Source: Candidatus Woesearchaeota archaeon
GTDB lineage: Archaea; Nanobdellota; Nanobdellia; Pacearchaeales; GW2011-AR1
Assembly: GCA_964594115.1 (NCBI GenBank)
Contig: CAZQLD010000007.1
Location: forward strand, 1 to 53,830
Direction of reading: 5' to 3'
Length of the DNA stretch: 53,830 bases
Shown here: positions 35,970 through 43,400 of the stretch, piece after piece
Layout: each line of letters begins with the position of its first letter
Position numbering within the stretch: the first letter of the stretch is position 1
Notes under the pieces: model-generated
The model's input: only the letters and a program-made list of their open reading frames with translations
The model's database searches: none
What the model was told of the DNA's origin: nothing
Translations under genes and position numbers: made by a program

Positions 35970-37319
35970 TTATTTTAATTCTCCTTGCAAATCTAGAAAT
36001 ATTGGGTGCCCTTTTCCACTAGAAGCATATGTTTCAGCTGCTTTTCTAGCTTTTTCTAACTTTCCTTTTTGTATAAAACTCATAACTGTTTGATAGTTTT
36101 TACTGCTTTCTAAAACTCTTTTTTTAACTCCAGAGATTTCGTCAGTTCCCTCCCTAAGAAGTGTTTTAACTGCATGCAAGGCCAAAGGATCTTCTCTAGT
36201 ATCATCTTTAAATTTATTGATGGTCTCTTCAGTTAATCTTATTCTGTGCCATAAAGCATAAGGTGCAACTGTTAAAACATGCTCTAAATTAGCCTGCTTT
36301 TTACCTTGCAACCATGCTAAAGCTTTAGAATATCTAACTATGCTTTTATCTAATCTTCTACTCCCACTCCCTTTAACTAAATTATATAAATAATGGCCTT
36401 CCTCTGAGCTTATTGGGTCATTACTTCTTTTTTGACCATATTTTGGGTGTTGATTAAGTTCTGAAATTAAAAATCCTAAATAAGTAACAGCATCTCCATC
36501 TAAACCAGTAGATTCAATCTCTTTATCCACAGCAACTAATTCCTGTTCTGTCAAGGTATCCAAATTCCTCTTTTTTAATTCAGCTCCAAAACTATCAGAA
36601 AGTTTTTTTAAACCAGGTGAAATTTCTTCATAAGGTTTTTTAGAATTTAATAAATCTAAAATTTCTCTAGATATTTTAGGATCTTTTAAAATCCCCTCTT
36701 TCCCATTATTCCAACTATTGCTAATAGCAATAGCATTTGATACTCCTGGAAACTTGCTTTCAGTTGCTACATCAAATCTATCTAACAATGGAGGAATTAG
36801 AGTATTGCTTCCTCTATCTTCATAGTTACAAGTTGCAAAAAAAGGCTGTCTTCCTTGGGCAATATGGCTATTCAAATAACCCCACTCTCCCCTATCTACA
36901 CCATCTAATAACATTGATTGATTTGATTCTGGAATTCTATTAAACTCATCAACAAGTTTTGGTTGGATTAAAACAAAATTCTGCCAAATAACTTCTTCTT
37001 GACCTTGATGCATTCTACCATAATCAGGTCTTCCAACTGTCTTCTCCTGAGTTAATTGCGGATTCCCCCTAATAACAGATCTTCTAACAATATCTATAGG
37101 AATATTATGAAAAACGCTATGTAAGTATTCAGCAGAAGTTGTCTTTCCTCCACCATATTCTCCAAATAAAATCTGGTTTCCTTTATTAAGCTCTGTTAAT
37201 ACTCCAAAAAGAAGAGATGAACTAAACTTCTCTCCACCAACAGATAAATCATCCCTACATAGGTAAAAATCATTTTTTATTACCCCATACAAACATAGAA
37301 CTTTATTTTGCAATGCCAT
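35970..37319 (-). CDS. MoxR/RavA-type AAA+ ATPase
   Basis: GEYGGGKTT, LVDEFNR, FATCN and PPLLDRF; likely start MALQNK at 37319. Confidence 0.88.
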   Translation of the reverse strand: MALQNKVLCLYGVIKNDFYLCRDDLSVGGEKFSSSLLFGVLTELNKGNQILFGEYGGGKTTSAEYLHSVFHNIPIDIVRRSVIRGNPQLTQEKTVGRPDYGRMHQGQEEVIWQNFVLIQPKLVDEFNRIPESNQSMLLDGVDRGEWGYLNSHIAQGRQPFFATCNYEDRGSNTLIPPLLDRFDVATESKFPGVSNAIAISNSWNNGKEGILKDPKISREILDLLNSKKPYEEISPGLKKLSDSFGAELKKRNLDTLTEQELVAVDKEIESTGLDGDAVTYLGFLISELNQHPKYGQKRSNDPISSEEGHYLYNLVKGSGSRRLDKSIVRYSKALAWLQGKKQANLEHVLTVAPYALWHRIRLTEETINKFKDDTREDPLALHAVKTLLREGTDEISGVKKRVLESSKNYQTVMSFIQKGKLEKARKAAETYASSGKGHPIFLDLQGELK

Positions 37320-37323
37320 TTTC

Positions 37324-37926
37324 CTACTCCTTCTTAGCTGATTTTTGGGAAGCAATGTAATCAGTTAGGTCTTGACATTTTGTTGCAGCATACAGGAGCT
37401 CGGCGTTTACTTCTGGACGAACTTTACCAAGATTTTCTTTATCCAAATCTACCAATGTTTCACATTTAGAATCTATTTCTGCCACAAGTTCTTTAATTCT
37501 TTCTTCTAATGTTTCGTCTAAACTTACGTAAGCTGCTCGTAGAGATGCCATAGTTGCTACAGAAAGTTGTCCTTCATGATACGCTTTTGCTTTAATTGCT
37601 TGGATGTTTTGTCTTGGTATTTTCCCCTTATATTTAATTATATCAAAATTAGTGAATAATGTTCTCACATCTGGATTAATAGGTTCTCCTAGCTCTGATG
37701 AAGTTTGTAATACATAACCAATTGCACCTTCTTTTGGTAATTCTGAAGCACGATCTGTAATTGTCTTTTTTATTCCGGCAAGGTCAACACCATCCTTATA
37801 TGCATCACGATTTTTTGTTCGTGTTTGGATATTAGCTATTCCACCAATGATCTCAATGGGTTCTCCTGAATCTTCAATGACAAAACCCTTATCTGGGGTT
37901 AAAATAATTTTTTTCAAATTTTCCAT
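37324..37926 (-). CDS. Hypothetical protein
   Basis: 200 aa, tightly coupled in the operon. Confidence 0.7.
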   Translation of the reverse strand: MENLKKIILTPDKGFVIEDSGEPIEIIGGIANIQTRTKNRDAYKDGVDLAGIKKTITDRASELPKEGAIGYVLQTSSELGEPINPDVRTLFTNFDIIKYKGKIPRQNIQAIKAKAYHEGQLSVATMASLRAAYVSLDETLEERIKELVAEIDSKCETLVDLDKENLGKVRPEVNAELLYAATKCQDLTDYIASQKSAKKE

Positions 37927-37928
37927 TT

Positions 37929-38267
37929 TTACAATCCAGCCTCCTTGGCTTTTCTATTATATTTTTCATATTTATCTGAAAAATTTCTAATTAAGGGTCG
38001 CTTACTTGTACGGACATAAACATTTCCTACAGGATTTCCAAGATTCATTGCAACATAACTAGAAATGTAAAGTGTTTGAACTTCAAATCTTCCAAGAGTC
38101 TTAAAATGACGGGATGCTATGGTGTCCTTATAAATAACAAGTTCTTCTCTTCCATCAAAATTTAAAATATCTCTTACCTTAGAAGAACTTGGAAATTTGA
38201 CAACACAATCTAAGGTTTTTGCTTGTCGTATCTTTGATTCTGCTATTTTTTTAGTTTTTTTTGCCAT
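37929..38267 (-). CDS. Hypothetical basic protein
   Basis: 112 aa, in the operon. Confidence 0.65.
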   Translation of the reverse strand: MAKKTKKIAESKIRQAKTLDCVVKFPSSSKVRDILNFDGREELVIYKDTIASRHFKTLGRFEVQTLYISSYVAMNLGNPVGNVYVRTSKRPLIRNFSDKYEKYNRKAKEAGL

Positions 38268-38281
38268 TTTACTTTCTTATT

Positions 38282-38575
38282 TTAGAATATCCCTGCTTTT
38301 TCTTGCAAAGATTGTGGTGTTCCTTTTTTTCTGAATAATTTTACTAATTTGCCTATTTTTTGTGGAAGGTTATATCCAGGGCATTGTTTAGCCAATCTTT
38401 CATTATAAATCTTAGAACCGAAACTAACACTATGTCCACTTATATTCTCTCCATCAAGTTCAAAAGGTTCATTATCTTTAATTTCTGGCGCTGCTACACA
38501 AGGATTTTTAGTCAAAGTACAATACCAACTATTTTTCCTTGGACTTGTATATGCGCAACCTGGTGTTCGACACAT
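38282..38575 (-). CDS. Cys-rich hypothetical protein (possible metal binding)
   Basis: CRTPGC...CTLTKNPC...QCPGY. Confidence 0.65.
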   Translation of the reverse strand: MCRTPGCAYTSPRKNSWYCTLTKNPCVAAPEIKDNEPFELDGENISGHSVSFGSKIYNERLAKQCPGYNLPQKIGKLVKLFRKKGTPQSLQEKAGIF

Positions 38576-38576
38576 T

Positions 38577-38945
38577 TTACTCCTCTCTTGCAGGCTTTAG
38601 ATGTACAATATATTTATTTTCTTCAATCCATACATGATGTAAAGGTTTATTTTCAAAATAAGTAACAGAGAAATGGGGAGTTACTCCTGCAGCGTATTCT
38701 TCAAAGGAAGCAGAAGAATCATATTTTAAAGAAGGCATTTTTTGAACTATGGGAGAAATTTCAGTTACATTTTGGTTGTTAGAGGAATAGCTTACTAAGA
38801 CCTCAAGAAAAGTGTTCATTCTAATAGGTTCTCCTGTTGAATCTACAACCTGGCAATGCTCACTAAATAATTCTAGTCTTTCAGTTAAATCTTTCAATTC
38901 ATTTTCATTATTTACTTTAAAAATTCCTTTAAATTTCACTGTCAT
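38577..38945 (-). CDS. Hypothetical protein
   Basis: 122 aa, TAA-AA-ATG coupled. Confidence 0.65.
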   Translation of the reverse strand: MTVKFKGIFKVNNENELKDLTERLELFSEHCQVVDSTGEPIRMNTFLEVLVSYSSNNQNVTEISPIVQKMPSLKYDSSASFEEYAAGVTPHFSVTYFENKPLHHVWIEENKYIVHLKPAREE

Positions 38946-38947
38946 TT

Positions 38948-39298
38948 TTATCTCTTCAAATATTTACGCAAATTTTCCCAAAAAGAAGGTTTAGAATATT
39001 TTCTTTTTCTTTTTTCTATTTCTGATAATAAAAATTCTCTTGCAGAATCTACTTCTAAAGGACCAAATTGAAAACCAACATAATTTGCTTTGCTAAAATA
39101 ATGTTCATGATACACTTCAAAAGCTTCTTGAGGTTTAGGAAATTTATTACCATAATTATTCCAAAAAGAGTAATCTAAACCAAGTTTATATTTTCTTAAA
39201 GATTCTAGTTTTTCTTCTCTAGATAATTTTCTTAGGTCTCTATCAAGACTTCTCAAAGCATATTCAAGATAAGGTGCTGGTTTCAATTTTTTCGCCAT
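38948..39298 (-). CDS. Uncharacterised helical protein, paralog of 24753-25115
   Basis: PYLEYALRSLDRDL...NYVGFQFGPLEVDSAREFLLSEIEKR. Confidence 0.8.
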   Translation of the reverse strand: MAKKLKPAPYLEYALRSLDRDLRKLSREEKLESLRKYKLGLDYSFWNNYGNKFPKPQEAFEVYHEHYFSKANYVGFQFGPLEVDSAREFLLSEIEKRKRKYSKPSFWENLRKYLKR

Positions 39299-39299
39299 T

Positions 39300-39602
39300 T
39301 TATTTTCCTTCTTCTAATTTATTTACTTCAGCCTGTCTCTTTAATAACTCATAAACATAAACCCCTGCGAGATAAGTCGCAAATCTATCACTACAATATT
39401 CATCTGCAAATCTGTCTAATGCTTTTGTAACTTGGGGATTTGTTGAGGAAAGGTGTCCTGTTAACCTTTCTATATTCTTTAGGACTGATTCGAAACCCTC
39501 TCTGTCAAACTGTTCATTATCTCTAAAAAATAAGTCAATTGTGTCCTGTGCCAGTACAGGCAAGCCCTCTGGTGTGTATCTTTCATTTTTCATTTTCCTC
39601 AC
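39300..39602 (-). CDS. Small helical protein of unknown function
   Basis: GLPVLAQDTI...TNPQV...AGVYVYELLKRQAE; start GTG 39602 or ATG 39593. Confidence 0.75.
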   Translation of the reverse strand: MRKMKNERYTPEGLPVLAQDTIDLFFRDNEQFDREGFESVLKNIERLTGHLSSTNPQVTKALDRFADEYCSDRFATYLAGVYVYELLKRQAEVNKLEEGK

Positions 39603-40331
39603 CTAAAATTTATAGCCAAGACTAACGCCACCCCATGTTTTATCTTTGATAAAATCTTCTTGGCTGTATTGTTTATTTACAGAAATATTCAGATTCCAGT
39701 TTCCTTTATTGAGTCCAAGAGAAACTCCAGGAGTAACCTGGGTATGGCCTGTTTTTCCATAGTAATTCTCTATGACCGAAGTGCTTAGACTAGGGGTTAA
39801 TGAAATATCGGTTTTTCCTAGTTTTCCTATTGGAAATTTTTTTGAAATTCTCCAGTAATATCTATTTCCACTTTTAGGGGTTGTTTTAGTTGGGAGTAAA
39901 TGTGTTAATTCAAAGTCTAAATCAAATTTTCCAGAATAATGGGCTCCAGCTTTCAAAACACTATCATAATCTCCAAAAGTTCCAGAAGGGTAGCCCCAAT
40001 ATTCATATCCTCCTCTTATAGAAAATCTATCTGTTATAGGCAAAGAATGGCTTATTCCAAAATCCCTCTCATTAAAAGCACTTTCTTCATATGAATAATT
40101 CTGCCATACAAATCCAGAGAACATATCATTAAAATTTACATTAATTAAGTCTTGTCTAACCTGTCCTTCAACCATTACACCATGTTTTGCAACATAATCT
40201 GAAACAAGGGCGGTTTCAACATAAATATCTGGCTTTTTCATATTATTAAAACAGCCAGAAACTGCTCCTAATAAAGCAGCTAGTCCGGTTATAGCTGCTT
40301 GTTTTATTCTTGAACTCCATTGGTTTTTCAT
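39603..40331 (-). CDS. Secreted predicted beta-barrel protein (TIGR02001/TorF-like), paralog of 26934-27689
   Basis: Signal with VSGC; VSDYV, NERDF and YWGYP; C-terminal WGGVSLGYKF. Confidence 0.75.
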   Translation of the reverse strand: MKNQWSSRIKQAAITGLAALLGAVSGCFNNMKKPDIYVETALVSDYVAKHGVMVEGQVRQDLINVNFNDMFSGFVWQNYSYEESAFNERDFGISHSLPITDRFSIRGGYEYWGYPSGTFGDYDSVLKAGAHYSGKFDLDFELTHLLPTKTTPKSGNRYYWRISKKFPIGKLGKTDISLTPSLSTSVIENYYGKTGHTQVTPGVSLGLNKGNWNLNISVNKQYSQEDFIKDKTWGGVSLGYKF

Positions 40332-40474
40332 TTTCCTTCCTCTAAAATATCTATTTTGATTTTCACAAGCATCTGGGGTTTGAGATGTCCTGCCAGCACA
40401 CTTGGAATGACGATTACTGCCTGCTTTCCGTGCTTTGCAATTTTCTTTGTTATTATGTATGAGTTTTGTACCAT
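40328..40474 (-). CDS. Small AbrB/SpoVT-type (DUF2080-like) protein, paralog of 31236-31403
   Basis: Manual translation MVQNSYIITKKIAKHGKQAVIVIPSVLAGHLKPQMLVKIKIDILEEGK; ATGA overlap with the barrel gene. Not in the ORF track. Confidence 0.85.
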   Translation of the reverse strand: MVQNSYIITKKIAKHGKQAVIVIPSVLAGHLKPQMLVKIKIDILEEGK

Positions 40475-40534
40475 TTTCCCATAGTCTTTGATTTATTATT
40501 CAAAAGTGACAAAAGAAAGAAATTAATATCTTTC

Positions 40535-40558
40535 TGATATTATTGATATCACTGATAT
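40535..40558. repeat. Three TGATAT direct repeats with 9-bp period in the divergent promoter
   Basis: TGATAT at 40535, 40544 and 40553, just upstream of the BRE/TATA GAAAACCTTAAAAA. Confidence 0.55.
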
Positions 40559-40601
40559 TAAAAATAGAAAACCTTAAAAACCCCTAAATCTTCCATACAG
40601 T

Positions 40602-41510
40602 ATGGAAAGAAGACTCATAAAACAAGGAGGAGGAGGCTTTACTATCTACCTTCCAAAAAAATGGGTAGATAAAAAAGGCCTGCATGAAGGAGACATCGTA
40701 GATGTGAAAGAAATAGATAGTTCTTTGATAATTGGAAGTGAAATTAAAGGGAGAGAAGAGATTATAATAGAGATTAATGAAGAAAATAAAGAAGATATAG
40801 GAGCTATTCTTACACATGCGTATAGAAGAGGATTTAACAGAGTAATATTGAAGGGAGTGGATAGTGGGCTGGCAAGAAAAGCGAGGCAGGTAACAAAAGA
40901 TCTGCTTTTAGGTTTTGAAATAACAGGAAAATCTGAAAAAGAAGTAAAAATAGAAAATATTTCAGAGCCAACAGAACAAAAATATGATGTTATGTTAAGA
41001 AAGATTTTTTTGATAATAAAAGAGACTCAAAATATGATTATTGAAGATTTTCAGCATATTTATGAAAACTGGGATGAAATTGAAGAAATGAGAAAAAATC
41101 AGGATAAGTTTATATTATTTTGCAGAAGATTGCTAATAAAGGAAAAATATGAAAAAGAACCTGTTTTAGAGTGGGAGCTTCTAACTTTTTTAATGCATAT
41201 AGAGCATGCTTATTTTTATTTATATAAATATGCTAAAGAAAATAAAGTTAAGATAGATAAAAATGCTGTGGAGTTATTAAAAAAACTTGAAGAGCAATTT
41301 TCTCTGTATCAGGATGCGTATTTTCATAAAAACATAGAGAATTTGTATAAAATAATGAAGCAAAAGACAAAGTTCCAGTTTGGCAAGTGTTTAGAATTAA
41401 TTGAAAAATCAAAAGGTAAAAATGCAGTTATATCCTCTTATATTAGAGAATTATTCAGGTTGCAACAAATAGGATGCAGCCCTATTTTATCAAAGAATCT
41501 TTCATACTAG
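40602..41510 (+). CDS. AbrB-domain/PhoU-like regulator, copy 2
   Basis: RRLIKQGGGGFTIYLPKKW...GDIVDV, AYRRGF, and QDKFILFCRR. Confidence 0.85.
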   Translation: MERRLIKQGGGGFTIYLPKKWVDKKGLHEGDIVDVKEIDSSLIIGSEIKGREEIIIEINEENKEDIGAILTHAYRRGFNRVILKGVDSGLARKARQVTKDLLLGFEITGKSEKEVKIENISEPTEQKYDVMLRKIFLIIKETQNMIIEDFQHIYENWDEIEEMRKNQDKFILFCRRLLIKEKYEKEPVLEWELLTFLMHIEHAYFYLYKYAKENKVKIDKNAVELLKKLEEQFSLYQDAYFHKNIENLYKIMKQKTKFQFGKCLELIEKSKGKNAVISSYIRELFRLQQIGCSPILSKNLSY

Positions 41511-43121
41511 CTATTTTTTAATTATCTCAAGAGTTTCTTTTATATTTTTTTGGTTTTCTATAAATCTCTGTTCTTGTTCTTTCCTTTTTTCTGCTTCTAT
41601 TCTTTCTTTCTGTTTTTTTGCTTCATATGATTCTCTTGCATTTTTCCAGTCATTTTCAAACTCTCTATATTTATCTGTTCTCATCCGTATCATAATCATA
41701 TCATGATAATTATGAGCTATTTGCCAAATTTCCCAATAAGCTTTAGAGCCCTTTTCTTCTAAAAATGGCTCTATTGTTTTATAATTGAAATCTGTATCAT
41801 TTTTATCCAGTTTAGCATCCATCATTGCTTCAAAAACACCATTGGGGTCAAAATAAGCAGCTAACCCGACTTTTCTGTCCTTGAATTTAAATAAAGCTGC
41901 TTCAAGTTTGCCATCTTCTGTAAAAATATCATAAGGATGGCTAAAAGCTATTCCTAAATCTTCTTTTCCTCTTCTCTGAAGATATAAATTAACTACCTCT
42001 CTTTTCTTTTTAGCTTCTGCATTTTCGTTAAGTTGCTCAACTTTATCTTCCAAAACACCAGTTGCTTTTTGAGTACTAATGAGGCCAGCTGTTGCACCTG
42101 CAAGTATAGTTGCAGCAGCTGCTATGCTTCCATATCTTTTTAGTCTTGAACGTAATGATGTTTTTTTATATTTTTTAATTGCTTTTTCTAAGCCATTTTT
42201 CATTTCTAAACCATTTTTATATCTTCTTACTGGATTTAGGGATAAGGATTTTTCCAAAAAACTTCTAAAAGCTCTTGGAACATTTTTTATTTTTTGGGAA
42301 AGTTCTCTTTGGTTTGTTTTAAACCCTTGATAAACTCTTTTTTTAGTGAGCATTTCATAGAATATAGAGCCTAGACTCCAAACATCTGCTCTTGAACTGG
42401 GCTCAGCATTTTCTTCAAAAACTTCAGGAGCTCTATAGTTTTTATCTCCATGAGGCCCCCTTTTACTTCCATTTCCTCCAATTGAAATGCAGGTAGTAGA
42501 ACCAAAATCACCTAAATAAGCTCTCCCATCGTTAATAAGGATGTTTGAAGGCTTGACATCGCTATGAGCCTCTCTATGTTCGTGTATGTAAGCAAGCGCC
42601 TCTGTAATATCTTTTATTATTTTTATATTTTCATCCAAGCTTAAACTATGCAACCTACTAGAAAGGTCTCCTTCTTCATAAACAGGCATAGCAATATACA
42701 TTTTTCCTTTTCTATCTCTTTCTATAATTCTTGGAACAACATGGCTATGAGCAGCATAAAGAGGAATCGCTTCTCTCCTCATAACATCTTCTTCTGTCCA
42801 TTTTCTGTCCTCCATTTGTTTTTTTGCTGTTTCATTAGGACTAAATATTTTTATAGCCCATTTTTGATCTCCCGCATCTATATATTCATCTACAATCCCC
42901 CAACAACCATACCCTAATTCTTTCCCAGTTGGCTTAAATGTATCGCTATCTATATACTCTGTAACTGCTCTTTCTCTTTGTTCCTTTATCGCGAAAAGAT
43001 TTTCTCTATTTTGAGTAAAAAATTTCCTTTTATATTCTCTATTCTTCTCTTTCATACCTCTTATAGCTGCATCTACAACAACTTCAGAACTTGCACCTAC
43101 TAAATATTTAAGATTACTCAT
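41511..43121 (-). CDS. Membrane-anchored Ser/Thr protein kinase 2 with C-terminal ectodomain
   Basis: LGYGCWG, AIK, HSDVKPSN, DFG, YRAPE and DVWSLG; TM at about aa 331-349. Confidence 0.92.
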   Translation of the reverse strand: MSNLKYLVGASSEVVVDAAIRGMKEKNREYKRKFFTQNRENLFAIKEQRERAVTEYIDSDTFKPTGKELGYGCWGIVDEYIDAGDQKWAIKIFSPNETAKKQMEDRKWTEEDVMRREAIPLYAAHSHVVPRIIERDRKGKMYIAMPVYEEGDLSSRLHSLSLDENIKIIKDITEALAYIHEHREAHSDVKPSNILINDGRAYLGDFGSTTCISIGGNGSKRGPHGDKNYRAPEVFEENAEPSSRADVWSLGSIFYEMLTKKRVYQGFKTNQRELSQKIKNVPRAFRSFLEKSLSLNPVRRYKNGLEMKNGLEKAIKKYKKTSLRSRLKRYGSIAAAATILAGATAGLISTQKATGVLEDKVEQLNENAEAKKKREVVNLYLQRRGKEDLGIAFSHPYDIFTEDGKLEAALFKFKDRKVGLAAYFDPNGVFEAMMDAKLDKNDTDFNYKTIEPFLEEKGSKAYWEIWQIAHNYHDMIMIRMRTDKYREFENDWKNARESYEAKKQKERIEAEKRKEQEQRFIENQKNIKETLEIIKK

Positions 43122-43261
43122 TTTCTATCCTCCAGAATTTCATTTAATGCAAATTCAAATGCATGACTTCTGTTTCTAAATTTTCTTTTTAAAATAGATT
43201 CATCTACCTTTGCTAGAGTTTCTTCATCAACTGAAACACTAATCTTGGATTTTTTTGCCAT
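43118..43261 (-). CDS. Ribbon-helix-helix (CopG/Arc/MetJ-like) regulator, 47 aa
   Basis: Manual translation MAKKSKISVSVDEETLAKVDESILKRKFRNRSHAFEFALNEILEDRK; ATGA overlap with kinase 2. Not in the ORF track. Confidence 0.85.
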   Translation of the reverse strand: MAKKSKISVSVDEETLAKVDESILKRKFRNRSHAFEFALNEILEDRK

Positions 43262-43300
43262 TTTTGTAATATTTTTACTTGGTAGCACTTAGTATGACTG

Positions 43301-43342
43301 CTTTATAAATCTTTCTATTTGTAGTTACTTTAGAGTGATAGT
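43301..43342 (-). promoter_or_regulatory. Conserved extended promoter, copy 2
   Basis: ctttataaatctttctatttgtagttactttagagtgatagt; 38/42 identical to 31461-31502. Confidence 0.8.
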
Positions 43343-43400
43343 ATAATTAAGAAAATAATTTAAATGATTAAAAATTATTTATTTGAGAAAAAGCGGTAAA

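Noticed and set aside
35970-37355. ORF-track starts for MoxR (37355), 24753 (25130), 26934 (27698), 22372 (22845) and 43383
   Set aside because: Downstream ATGs fit the SD or gene-coupling pattern better (37319, 25115, 27689, 22830 and 43401).
40494-40511. Possible fourth copy of the extended promoter element (attattcaaaagtgaca)
   Set aside because: The match is weak and there is no TATA at the expected spacing.
24062-43342. Island as an assembly duplication or bacterial contamination
   Set aside because: The paralogs are highly diverged, and the promoters (BRE/TATA), composition and gene-junction style match the flanking archaeal genes. Read-level confirmation is still advisable.
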